From positions 2,200,318 through 2,264,317 of the forward strand of contig NZ_OZ245778.1 of NCBI RefSeq assembly GCF_965227765.1: DNA of 64,000 nt, given 5' to 3'. The notes below the pieces were generated by a model. The model had not been told where the DNA came from. It saw only the letters and a program-made list of their open reading frames with translations, and did no database searches. The position numbers and the translations under genes were made by a program. The stretch is from Brevundimonas sp. GTDB lineage: Bacteria; Pseudomonadota; Alphaproteobacteria; Caulobacterales; Caulobacteraceae. This document shows positions 1-8,701 of this stretch, piece by piece; positions within the stretch are counted from its first letter, which is position 1; each line of letters opens with the position of its first letter.

Positions 1-141
1 CCGCAGGCGTTCGGAACGGCGTCCCGGACCGTGACGGCCGAGATCGCCGATGTCGCGATCCTCGAGATCATCGCTCGCGCCGACGGCGATCCAGTGGGCG
101 CGCTTCCGGTCGTCTGGGCGGATGCAGCCATGACGCGGTGA
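1..141 (+). CDS. partial CDS, 3' end of an unidentified gene (runs off window start)
   Basis: Frame 1 is open from nt 1 to TGA at 139-141. A manual codon-position GC count (GC3>GC1>GC2) fits this frame better than the mirrored minus frame. No recognisable motif. Confidence 0.3.
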   Translation, partial: PQAFGTASRTVTAEIADVAILEIIARADGDPVGALPVVWADAAMTR

Positions 142-485
142 CGAGACGCCGTCTCCGCGACGGTCGAGAGCGACATGCGAAAACGCCGCCTTACCGAGTT
201 CGGCCAACAGCTCCCGGTGCTGGGCGCAAGGTCAGCGGTCAGACGGATATGAGCGGCAGACGGCCTGTCCTGGGCCCATATCCCTGGTGAAGCGCTCCGA
301 ATGAACGCGCCCTCACAAGGTTAAGGCCTGAGCGTCTGAACCCGGCGATCACTCTGGCGCGGCGGCGAATACTGAGCGCCCGTTTTCGACAACCGACTGG
401 TTCCTCGCACGAAAAACGCGAGCAAAATCTTGTCTTTACACAGTCTTCATGCTGACGGCCCAAGCTGTGCGCAGGAAGTAACCCC

Positions 486-2243
486 ATGCACCACAAGCTT
501 GGCTTTGACAGCGATTTCGACCTTACCGGCGCCGACACCCGGGCTCAGGCAAAAACGCGTCTGATCGTCGGCCTGGTCGTGTTTTGCTCCGGACTGACGG
601 TCCTAGACTGGCGCCTAATGGTGACCTGGGCCGCCGCCTTCGCGATCGGAGACGGCCTCCTCTGGATCGCGACCGAGCCGAAAAACCAGCAGAGGCATCC
701 CGCAGCCTTCCGTCTTCTTCGCTTGGCGGCGACTCTCTTATCAACCTGCGCCTGGGTGGGGGCCGGTGTGCTGTGGTGGTTTTCGGACGGAGGGCACGGA
801 AAGGCGGCAGGGGTCGCCTTGATCGGCGGTGTCCTCATTTACATGATCCGGGGCTGTCACAGGTCGCTCGTTCAGATGCTCGTCACCGGGGTCCCGCCAG
901 CGGTCGCCTTACTGGCGCTTCCCCTTTTTGAAGCGACCTGGAAAAACAAGCTGGGGCTGCTGACCTGCACGGGCCTCCTCGTCGCCTACGCGCTCAGTTC
1001 GGCCGTCAATGCCGTACGCTCCTACGCTCAGCTCCGAAAAACCACCGCCGCCCTCGTCATAAAACAGCAGGAGGCCGAGGCCGCGAGCATTTCGAAGAGC
1101 GAGTTCCTCGCCAATATGAGCCACGAAATCCGAACGCCGCTTAACGGTATTCTCGCCATGGCGCATGTTGTGGCGGCGGCCCCTCTCCCGCCACGCGAGA
1201 AGGAGGCGGCCAAGCTCATCTGTTCCTCGGGGCAGACGCTGGAGCGGCTGTTGTCCGACATACTCGATCTGGCCAAGGTGGAAGCCGGGCAGTTGGAGAT
1301 CCAACTTGCCACCTTCCACGCAGGTGACCTCATTCAGAGTGCGGCAAGTCTGACCCGATCCATCGCAGAGGCCAAGGGCCTCAGCCTGACGGTGGCCATC
1401 GACGATGCCGCCGATCGCTTCGTCATCGGCGACGAGGTCCGTATCCGGCAGGTCGTGACCAACCTGCTCTCCAACGCAGTCAAATTCACACCGCATGGGT
1501 CCGTGAGTCTGTCGTTGACCAAGACGGCAGAAGGCCGACTGCGCTTCTGCGTCACAGACACCGGGGTGGGGTTCGGCGAAGACGAGAAAGCCCGCATCTT
1601 CGACCGCTTTCAGCAGGCCGACGGCACGATCACCCGTAGATTCGGCGGCACGGGCCTGGGCCTGTCGATCTCGCGACACCTGGTGGAGATGATGGGCGGC
1701 TCCCTCGACTGCGAGAGCAAAGCGGAAGAAGGATCGAGGTTCTGGTTCGAACTGGATCTGCCGGAGGACGGGACCGCCGGCGGCGACGTGGAGCAAGCGC
1801 CATCGGCGGCGATGACCGCGCGGAGGCTCCTGATCGTTGACGATCATCCAACAAACCTGACGGTCGTCCAGATCATCCTCGCCGGCGCAGGGGTATCGGT
1901 CACTACCGCGACTGATGGTCAAGAGGCGCTGACGGCCTGGAAAGCGGGCGACTTCGACCTGGTGCTCATGGATATGCAGATGCCCGTCATGGACGGACTT
2001 GCCGCCGTCCGCGCGATCAGAGCCATCGAGGGGCGCACCGGTCGGAGGAGGACGCCAGTCATCATGTTGACCGCAAACGCATCCCCGGAACATATCCGCG
2101 CGGGCGCGGCCGCAGGCGCGGACGGTCACCTCACCAAACCCATCAGCCCATCGTCCCTGTTCTCTTCGATCGAGACCGCCTTGGCGGGCGACGCGACAGA
2201 GGCGGATCCGGTTTTACCGGCAAGGGCCGGTGAGAGATTTTGA
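486..2243 (+). CDS. hybrid sensor histidine kinase/response regulator (multi-TM N-terminus, HisKA, HATPase_c, C-terminal receiver)
   Basis: 585-aa ORF. H-box FLANMSHEIRTPLNGI. ATP-lid motifs DTGVGF and GGTGLGLSI. Receiver LLIVDDHPTN...LVLMDMQMPVMDG...HLTKP. Confidence 0.9.
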   Translation: MHHKLGFDSDFDLTGADTRAQAKTRLIVGLVVFCSGLTVLDWRLMVTWAAAFAIGDGLLWIATEPKNQQRHPAAFRLLRLAATLLSTCAWVGAGVLWWFSDGGHGKAAGVALIGGVLIYMIRGCHRSLVQMLVTGVPPAVALLALPLFEATWKNKLGLLTCTGLLVAYALSSAVNAVRSYAQLRKTTAALVIKQQEAEAASISKSEFLANMSHEIRTPLNGILAMAHVVAAAPLPPREKEAAKLICSSGQTLERLLSDILDLAKVEAGQLEIQLATFHAGDLIQSAASLTRSIAEAKGLSLTVAIDDAADRFVIGDEVRIRQVVTNLLSNAVKFTPHGSVSLSLTKTAEGRLRFCVTDTGVGFGEDEKARIFDRFQQADGTITRRFGGTGLGLSISRHLVEMMGGSLDCESKAEEGSRFWFELDLPEDGTAGGDVEQAPSAAMTARRLLIVDDHPTNLTVVQIILAGAGVSVTTATDGQEALTAWKAGDFDLVLMDMQMPVMDGLAAVRAIRAIEGRTGRRRTPVIMLTANASPEHIRAGAAAGADGHLTKPISPSSLFSSIETALAGDATEADPVLPARAGERF

Positions 2244-2322
2244 ACCTGTTCCGGTTTGCCTCACGGCCCTGGAGGAATTCTGTGGCTTGCGAGACGCCGA
2301 CCCGGCCCTAGGAGATGACTGA

Positions 2323-3216
2323 ATGGCGGCGGTTGCCTGTCTCCGAGTTTTGCTGGACGGCAACCGCACCGACGTGCCGCCGGAACGGCTGGGGCCGCTG
2401 GTGGCGAAGTACGCCACGTGTTTTCTTGAGGTCCGCTGGACCTTCCCGCGCGTGTCAAAGTCTTTGAGCCACTACAGCTATCTGCTGACCGACCCGACAG
2501 CGCTCGAGCTCGACACGGTCGAACTCGCCCACCTGTCCCAGGATCTTCAGACACGCCTGTTTGGCACGGGCGTCGAGGACGCCGTCACCCTGGTTCTGTT
2601 CGAAGGCGATGCGCAAGCCATCGCCGCCTTCGCTGGATATTCCGCCGATGAGGTTCGGGCGGCGATGGACGACCCGAGCGCCCTGCCTTCAGGCGGGCGA
2701 TTGAGGCGCATCGCGGCTGACGGGTCACTCGTCGATGTGCCAGAAGCCGCTTCCAGCCCCGCCGCCGCTCAAGCCCTCCGTTTCGGCTCTACCGTCGATG
2801 GCGCGCAGGGCATTTACTTCGCGCCGGGCGGGGCCTTCATCGGAGATGTCGTCAGCTGTACGCCAGCGTGCGAGCCAACCTACTACAGCATGGTTGAGGG
2901 GCTCGAGCATCGGCCTGGCCCTCGCGGCGGATGCCGAATATTTCCTGCTTCACGCACCATTCTCGCCAGGAAGATTTGGATCATTCCGGCCTCATCCGGG
3001 ACAGGAAATCAGGCCTTTGAAGGTTGGCGGCGTTTTTTGGTGAAGGCTCCGGTCCGCGTCCTGATCCGCTCGCTCAGCCTTCCCCCGACCGCAGGTCGAT
3101 CCAGGCGGGCGCGTGGTCGCTCGCCCCATCGTCGCCTCGAACCTCGCGGTCGATACCGGCGTCGGTCAGCCGAGCTGAGGCCTGGGGGTCAGCAGAAGAT
3201 GATCGATACCCAGTAA
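2323..3216 (+). CDS. hypothetical protein; 3' end unreliable
   Basis: 297-aa ORF with no recognisable motif. The last ~55 codons are the antisense reading of an xthA 3' fragment, so the true C-terminus is probably upstream (about 2900-3050) or disrupted. Confidence 0.4.
   Translation: MAAVACLRVLLDGNRTDVPPERLGPLVAKYATCFLEVRWTFPRVSKSLSHYSYLLTDPTALELDTVELAHLSQDLQTRLFGTGVEDAVTLVLFEGDAQAIAAFAGYSADEVRAAMDDPSALPSGGRLRRIAADGSLVDVPEAASSPAAAQALRFGSTVDGAQGIYFAPGGAFIGDVVSCTPACEPTYYSMVEGLEHRPGPRGGCRIFPASRTILARKIWIIPASSGTGNQAFEGWRRFLVKAPVRVLIRSLSLPPTAGRSRRARGRSPHRRLEPRGRYRRRSAELRPGGQQKMIDTQ
3049..3214 (-). pseudogene. truncated, frameshifted 3' fragment of an exodeoxyribonuclease III (xthA-like) gene
   Basis: A 166-nt stretch aligns by hand to 5404-5570 (3' end plus ~25 nt downstream of intact xthA). 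There are about 18 differences including one 1-nt indel. It encodes ...IDHLLL / SARLTDAGIDREVRGDDGASDHAPAWIDLRSGEG* with the stop at 3074-3076. Everything upstream of the last ~47 codons is missing. Confidence 0.75.
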
Positions 3217-3254
3217 CGCGCCCATGAGGGCATGGCCTCCTGGAACATGGACTC

Positions 3255-3289
3255 TTGACTCGTTTCGACGTTTAGCTAATTGTCTTAGC
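3255..3289 (+). promoter_or_regulatory. candidate sigma70-type promoter (TTGACT-N16-TAATTG) plus inverted repeat GCTAA-N5-TTAGC abutting the ArsR-family start codon
   Basis: TTGACT at 3255-3260 and TAATTG at 3277-3282, with the ATG 7 nt downstream and no Shine-Dalgarno. The palindrome at 3275-3289 overlaps the -10 element. Confidence 0.35.
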
Positions 3290-3586
3290 ATGAGTTCCGT
3301 CTTCAAAGCCTTGTCTGACCCAACCCGCCGGCGGGTGCTGCAGTTGCTCCGCAAAGGGCCGCTGAGCGCCGGCGACCTCAGTGATCAGTTCGACGTCTCC
3401 AAGCCGACCATGTCGGCGCACTTCACCGTGCTCAAGGAAGCAGACCTGGTGCACGCCGAGAAGTCGGGCAAGTCGATCATCTACCACCTGAAATTGTCCG
3501 TGCTCGAGGACGCCCTCCTGGGCTTCGTCGGGTCGTTCGACACCGGCGCGGGGGCCCCCGTCCTCACCAAGGAGACTGCGAAATGA
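3290..3586 (+). CDS. ArsR/SmtB-family (SdpR-like) transcriptional regulator
   Basis: MSSVFKALSDPTRRRVLQLLRKGPLSAGDLSDQFDVSKPTMSAHFTVLKEADLV is a typical ArsR winged-helix signature. The internal ATG at 3290 was chosen over the upstream ORF start at 3224. Confidence 0.85.
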   Translation: MSSVFKALSDPTRRRVLQLLRKGPLSAGDLSDQFDVSKPTMSAHFTVLKEADLVHAEKSGKSIIYHLKLSVLEDALLGFVGSFDTGAGAPVLTKETAK

Positions 3587-3960
3587 ACAGAGACCGCGTC
3601 AACAGCATCGCCTGGGCCGGCGGCATTATCGCTATTGCTCTGGCGGCCACGCTGGCTCGCCGACTGGGAGCCATCGATACCGACACAGTCACTCGCATCG
3701 TGATGGGGGCAACTGGCCTGATGGTCGCCTGGTACGGCAATCGCATGCCCAAGACCCTGGCCCCGAACACATGTGCACGACAGATCGCCCGCCTCGGCGG
3801 CTGGTCGCTGGCGATCAGCGGACTGATCTATGCAGGCCTTTGGGCGTTCGCGCCTTTTGAGACGAAGCTGATGTTCGGTTTCGGCTCGATCGTCGCCGGC
3901 ATCTCTGCGACGGTGGCTTACGGCCTGATCCTGCGAGCAAGGGCGCGGACCGCCTCCTAA
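3583..3960 (+). CDS. small integral membrane protein (about 4 TM; possibly SdpI-like partner of the ArsR/SdpR regulator)
   Basis: 125-aa hydrophobic ORF. Its ATGA start overlaps the regulator stop. The motif YGNRMPKTLAPN resembles the SdpI-family loop. Confidence 0.7.
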   Translation: MNRDRVNSIAWAGGIIAIALAATLARRLGAIDTDTVTRIVMGATGLMVAWYGNRMPKTLAPNTCARQIARLGGWSLAISGLIYAGLWAFAPFETKLMFGFGSIVAGISATVAYGLILRARARTAS

Positions 3961-4318
3961 ATCGGCGGCTCAGCGGCCATCCCGGGGCAACGACGGCGCC
4001 GCCGGTCTCACAGCCCATGATGTCCGGATTTATGGCGACGGCGGACCGCTCTCCGAAGACCGTCGGCGACAAGGCCAGAATCAATCCAGCCAAGCCATGC
4101 AGAAGGATCAATAAAGGCGCTGTCCTGTCTTCCGGAAAAAGGCGGGGGAACGGGTCGTCAACGCCCGCTCCGGAACCGCCAAATCGGTCTCAATGGAACC
4201 AGTTTCGGCAATGTGAGTTTACGCCTAAGCTTGTACTGTGACGCTTAGAACGACAGGCTGAGACACTGCGCTCGTATGTGCGTGGTTTATACGTCACCCG
4301 CTCTTGAGCACCGGCTGG

Positions 4319-4333
4319 CGAACGATTTTCGTT
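4319..4333. promoter_or_regulatory. perfect inverted repeat GAACG-ATTTT-CGTTC 20 nt upstream of the Crp/Fnr-family gene
   Basis: Read directly from the sequence. It lies immediately upstream of the GGAGG ribosome-binding site at 4342-4346. Confidence 0.3.
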
Positions 4334-4352
4334 CCGCTCCCCGGAGGCCCTG

Positions 4353-5030
4353 ATGCCTGAGACAGCACTCATCAACAACTGGCTCTTCGCCAGCATGGCC
4401 GTTGCCGACCAGGATGTGCTGCGTCCCTCTCTGGCGAGGCGCGAAGTCGAGATCGGGGACGTCCTGTTTTCTGCAGGTGACCACGTCGATGTCATCCATT
4501 TTCCCGTCTCCGCGCAGATCGCAAACATCATGCGGCTTCCGAGCGGTGAAAGCCTGGCCGTCAGTTCAGTCGGGCGCGAGGGTGTCACAGGCCTTGCGGC
4601 CTTCATGGCGCTGGAACCTTTGGGCTGGGACGCCGTCGCTCACGTTCCCGGGGTCGTTTGGGCGGTTCCGGCCGACGTTTTGAGAAATCTTGCCGTCCGC
4701 AGCCCTAGAGTCGCGGCGCAGCTTCTTGAAGTGACCCATCACAACCAGCTGGAGGCTCATAGTCTCGCCATCTGCGCGACCTTTCACCTGATCTTGCCCC
4801 GTCTAGCACGATGGATACTGACGCTGCAGGAGAGAACCGGACAGTCGAGTTTCGCGGTGACCCAAGCGGATTTCGCAAGCCTTCTTGGGGTTCAAAGAAC
4901 GACCATCAGCGGGGCCATGCTTGACCTGAAAGCCAGCGGAGCCTTGGCGCGTGGAACCAGGGGCAAGGTGATCATCCGGGACCGGGACGCCTTGAAGGCG
5001 CTGGCCTGCGCCTGTCATCGCACGCACTAA
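4353..5030 (+). CDS. Crp/Fnr-family transcriptional regulator
   Basis: 225-aa ORF. N-terminal cNMP-binding-like beta-roll region and C-terminal HTH (FASLLGVQRTTISGAMLDLKASGAL). Confidence 0.85.
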   Translation: MPETALINNWLFASMAVADQDVLRPSLARREVEIGDVLFSAGDHVDVIHFPVSAQIANIMRLPSGESLAVSSVGREGVTGLAAFMALEPLGWDAVAHVPGVVWAVPADVLRNLAVRSPRVAAQLLEVTHHNQLEAHSLAICATFHLILPRLARWILTLQERTGQSSFAVTQADFASLLGVQRTTISGAMLDLKASGALARGTRGKVIIRDRDALKALACACHRTH

Positions 5031-5428
5031 GCAACAACGCCCACAGTGTCTGCTCCCCCCTCAGCAGACATTCCGAACGTCCGCCCTCGCGCCGGCGTGC
5101 TCGTTATCCAGCCATAGCGACTGATGCCGAATAGTTCTCGGCTCCCTCCACAGCGGCGCTCCATTTCTCCCGGAAGACTTTAATCTTACCCGAATCCTTC
5201 CGGGACCCGATATCAGCCATTCCAAGATCAGCGCCTGTTGGGCACGCATGATCGACCGTCATCATCCATCATCTGTTGCCTTGCCCATCGTCATCTGGCG
5301 ACAGTGGGTTTCGCTTCGTCTCGTGCGGCATCCCCGTGTCATGGCGCGCCGGGTGCGGTCTTGGTCCGGTGAAGGCTTGGAGGCCGGATTATCATTCCAA
5401 CATCCGGTTCGTGTCCTGCTCCGCTCGC

Positions 5429-6214
5429 TCAGCCTTCCCGCGACCTCAGATCGATCCATGCGGGCGCGTGGTCGCTCGCCCCTTCCTCGCCTCGCACCTC
5501 GCGGTCGACGCCGGCGTCTGTCAGCCGAGCCGAGGCCTCGGGGTTAAGCAGAAGATGATCGATACGCAGTCCCGCGTCGCGCGCCCAGGACGCCCGAAAA
5601 TAGGACCAGAAGGTCCAGGGCGGAGGATCCTTGGGAAATCGCTCGCGCAGACCGTCAGTCCAGCCCTGGTCAAGCAAAGCAGCGAAGGCTGCTCGGCTCT
5701 CCGGTTGAAGCAGGGCGTCCGATTTCCAGGATCGGGTGTTGTAGATGTCGGCGTCAGTCGGCACGACATTGAAGTCGCCGGCCAGGACGACGGGAGCCCC
5801 CGTTCCGAACAGGCTGGCCGCGTGGCGGTTCAGCCGCTCGGCCCACGCCATCTTGTAGTCGAACTTCGGACCCGGTCGCGGATTGCCGTTGGGCTGATAA
5901 AGGCAGGCGATCAACACTCCCTCCACCGCCGCCTCTATATAGCGGCTTTGACAATCAGAAGTGTCGCCGGGAAGCCGTCGGCGGGTGACGATCGGAGGCC
6001 CGCCCCGACTGAGGATCGCCACGCCGTTCCAGCGGTGCTCCCCCTCCCACACGGCGTGATAGCCAAGGTCACGCATCGCCTTTTCAGGAAAGTGTTCGCC
6101 GCGCGCCTTCAGTTCCTGCAGACAGACCACGTCCGGCGCCTCAGCCCTCAACCAAGCCGTCAGGTTCGCAAGACGGGTGTTCACTCCGTTGATGTTGAAG
6201 GTTGCGATCCTCAA
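5429..6214 (-). CDS. xthA: exodeoxyribonuclease III
   Basis: 261 aa. MRIATFNINGVNTRL...VVCLQELKA...GDFNVVP...SDHAPAWIDL are canonical Xth/EEP motifs. Confidence 0.95.
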   Translation of the reverse strand: MRIATFNINGVNTRLANLTAWLRAEAPDVVCLQELKARGEHFPEKAMRDLGYHAVWEGEHRWNGVAILSRGGPPIVTRRRLPGDTSDCQSRYIEAAVEGVLIACLYQPNGNPRPGPKFDYKMAWAERLNRHAASLFGTGAPVVLAGDFNVVPTDADIYNTRSWKSDALLQPESRAAFAALLDQGWTDGLRERFPKDPPPWTFWSYFRASWARDAGLRIDHLLLNPEASARLTDAGVDREVRGEEGASDHAPAWIDLRSREG

Positions 6215-6346
6215 GCGTTCAGGCTCCGGTGCTGTTGCGCTGATGCGCTTGACGACGACCGGGCCGCTGGCGGGGAAGGTTGTTCTCCACCCCCTCGTCG
6301 ATACCCGCTTCCTGTCGGTCGTGCGCCTTGTCCAGACGTGGTCTCA

Positions 6347-6402
6347 CTTGGTCAGGTTGGCGCTTAGGCGCGCCCTTGGTCAGGTTGGCGCTTAGGCGCG
6401 CC
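6347..6402. repeat. perfect 28-bp tandem duplication (CTTGGTCAGGTTGGCGCTTAGGCGCGCC x2)
   Basis: Copies at 6347-6374 and 6375-6402 are identical base for base. Confidence 0.95.
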
Positions 6403-6763
6403 GCGCGCTTCGACGGGGGTGTCTCGTAATCCGCGTCACGTTTGAAGGGGTTCGCCATGGCCTTGTCCTCGCGGTTTAACGGCGCGTCGAGCTCCCGGTT
6501 CACCCCCCCGTCAACACCGCCATTCCCGGCGGTATTGCCGGGAACCTGCGGCCCGCACCCGCTTCAGCATCACGACGCGGCGGCGAAGCTCTCGGGCCGT
6601 CGCCGGATTCTCTTCCATCGCCGCCACTGGAGCGAGCGCATCCGGATCAAGGGAGCCCACGCCCCGAAGCGCCGTCTCGGCGTCCGGCGAGAGGTGGGGG
6701 GTGTCATGCTGGGCGCCCAGGATGAAGGGGATGTCTGCCGGTCACATGGGCTGGTGCTGCGAT

Positions 6764-7939
6764 CTAGTGAGGCAGCAGGACCACCTTGGTCCATTCGTTC
6801 TGATTGTCCTTGAAATTCTTGTAGCCCTCGGCGGCCTGCTCCAGCGGCAGACGGTGGGAGATGAGGTCGGTCGTGTTGATCTTGCCTTCGAGGATCAGCT
6901 GGAGCAGCTGGGGCAGGTAGTTCTGCACATGGGTCTGGCCGGTTTTGATCGTCAAACCCTTCTCCATGAAGGCGCCCACCGGAATCTTGTCGGCGAACCC
7001 GCCATAGACGCCGGGGACGGAGATCGTGCCGCCCTTCCGGACCGCCATGATCGTCTCGCGCAGCACATGGGCGCGGTCCGTTCCGAGCCGCACGCTGGTC
7101 TTGATGGCGTCGATGACATTATCCGGTGAAAAACCGTGGGCTTCCATGCCGACCGCATCAATACAGCTGTCGGGACCGATGCCGGCGGTCATCTCGGTCA
7201 AGGCCTCCCGCACCCTGACCTCGTGATAGTTGAGCACCTCGGCTCCGTTGGCCTTGGCCAGTTCAAGTCGGCGCGGATGATGGTCGATGGCGATGACCCG
7301 GCCGGCCCCCTGGAGTATGGCGCTCTTGATGGCGAACAGACCGACAGGGCCGCATCCCCAGATGGCGACCGTGTCGCCCGGTTTGATCTGACAGTTCTCG
7401 GCCGCCTGCCATCCCGTGGGGAAGATGTCGGACAGGAAGAGGACCCGTTCGTCCTCGATCCCATCGGGGATCACGATCGGCCCATAGTCTGAATACGGCA
7501 CCCGCGCATACTCCGCCTGACCGCCCGCATACCCCCCTGTGAGATGGGAATAGCCGAAGGCGCCCGTCATGGCGTAGCCGTAGGCGATCTCGGAGGCGTC
7601 GGCCTTCTCGGCGGGATTGGAGTTATCGCAGGCGGCGGGCATCTTGTGGTCGCAGAAGAAACATTTGCCGCAGGCGATGACGAAGGGCACGACCACCCGG
7701 TCGCCGACCTTCAGGGTGGTGTTCTCCTTACCCACCTCCTCCACGACGCCCATGAACTCGTGGCCCAGGATGTCGCCGTTGGACATGCCCGGAATATAGC
7801 TGTCGTACAGATGCAGGTCCGAGCCGCAGATGGCGGTCGCCGTCACCTTGATGATGGCGTCGCGCGGGTTGACGATCTTGGGATCGGGAACGGTGTCGAC
7901 CTTGACGTTGTGTTTGCCGTGCCAAGTGAGTGCGCGCAT
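6764..7939 (-). CDS. zinc-dependent alcohol/formaldehyde dehydrogenase-family oxidoreductase
   Basis: 391 aa. [21 protein letters not shown], the structural-Zn Cys cluster CGKCFFC and the Rossmann motif GCGPVGL. Confidence 0.9.
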   Translation of the reverse strand: MRALTWHGKHNVKVDTVPDPKIVNPRDAIIKVTATAICGSDLHLYDSYIPGMSNGDILGHEFMGVVEEVGKENTTLKVGDRVVVPFVIACGKCFFCDHKMPAACDNSNPAEKADASEIAYGYAMTGAFGYSHLTGGYAGGQAEYARVPYSDYGPIVIPDGIEDERVLFLSDIFPTGWQAAENCQIKPGDTVAIWGCGPVGLFAIKSAILQGAGRVIAIDHHPRRLELAKANGAEVLNYHEVRVREALTEMTAGIGPDSCIDAVGMEAHGFSPDNVIDAIKTSVRLGTDRAHVLRETIMAVRKGGTISVPGVYGGFADKIPVGAFMEKGLTIKTGQTHVQNYLPQLLQLILEGKINTTDLISHRLPLEQAAEGYKNFKDNQNEWTKVVLLPH

Positions 7940-7987
7940 GATGTTCTCGTCTTCAGTAAAATGAAAGGGCGGCCTCGGCCGCGGGGC

Positions 7988-8560
7988 TCAGAGGTGTCGC
8001 TCACCGCGAGGCGCGGCGTCCGGAGCCTTCGATGTTGAGACCTCGCCGGTCTCCATCAGCTGTTTGAACCGGCGGAGCTCCCGTCGGGCCTGAACCCGGG
8101 GTTCACGCTGCAGGACCTTGGCGACGACCTTGCCGATCGCGCCCGCGGGCGGGTCGTAGCTGATGGACAGCCGCACCTCGGTTCCGCGCCCGAAGGCGTT
8201 GTCCCGGAACGCGATCCAGCCTTCGTGGTCGACGTCCGATCCTTCGCTCGAGGTCCAGGCGATGCGTTCGCCCGGAATGTCCTCGGTGATCTCGCAGACC
8301 AGTTCGACGTCCATTCCGCCGGGTCCGGCGATGGTCCACTGCGATCGGCCGGGCCCGAGAACCTCGACCGACTTCACGTTCTCCATGAAGCTCGGCAGAT
8401 TGGTGATGTCGCTCCAGTAGTCATAGAGCTCAAGGCGGGGGCGGTTGATCATCGCCGCGCGGATACTGGCCGAGGAATGATCGCCCTCGACATTGTCCTT
8501 GTCGAGGAAGGCGGGCGAGGCGACCTCGGCGTCGGTCGAAATCGGATCTTTGGAAGACAT
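7988..8560 (-). CDS. SRPBCC (polyketide cyclase/dehydrase-like) family protein
   Basis: 190 aa. The pattern W.DITNLPSFMENVKSVEVLG...RIAWTS... is typical of SRPBCC/CoxG-like proteins. It lies 48 nt upstream of the ADH on the same strand. Confidence 0.75.
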   Translation of the reverse strand: MSSKDPISTDAEVASPAFLDKDNVEGDHSSASIRAAMINRPRLELYDYWSDITNLPSFMENVKSVEVLGPGRSQWTIAGPGGMDVELVCEITEDIPGERIAWTSSEGSDVDHEGWIAFRDNAFGRGTEVRLSISYDPPAGAIGKVVAKVLQREPRVQARRELRRFKQLMETGEVSTSKAPDAAPRGERHL

Positions 8561-8701
8561 GGCGAACTCCGTCTGCTGACCTTTCCAACCGTCTCGGCGT
8601 GATGCCGTTCCAGCGTCGCAATACGGAACATCGCTCAGGGTTTGCGACTTCTGGGCCTGGACCTAGAAGCGGAGATTCCTGTGTCGGATGATGGACTTAA
8701 A

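Noticed and set aside
909-2129. 406-aa minus-strand ORF, and similar long shadow ORFs (e.g. 5276-6367, 10211-11026, 11711-12631, 12504-13700, 14912-16057, 40913-42082, 43313-44752, 56429-57925, 57792-59090)
   Set aside because: Each lies opposite a gene with clear family motifs. All have a shadow-ORF composition and no recognisable motifs.
3815-4111. 98-aa minus-strand ORF (TTG start) downstream of the small membrane protein gene
   Set aside because: It has a weak start and no RBS, half of it overlaps the plus-strand membrane gene, and it has no motif.
8625-8629. GGAAC facing the SDR gene at 8702 as an EcfG -35 element
   Set aside because: No CGTT or GGTT-like -10 element at 16-17 nt spacing.
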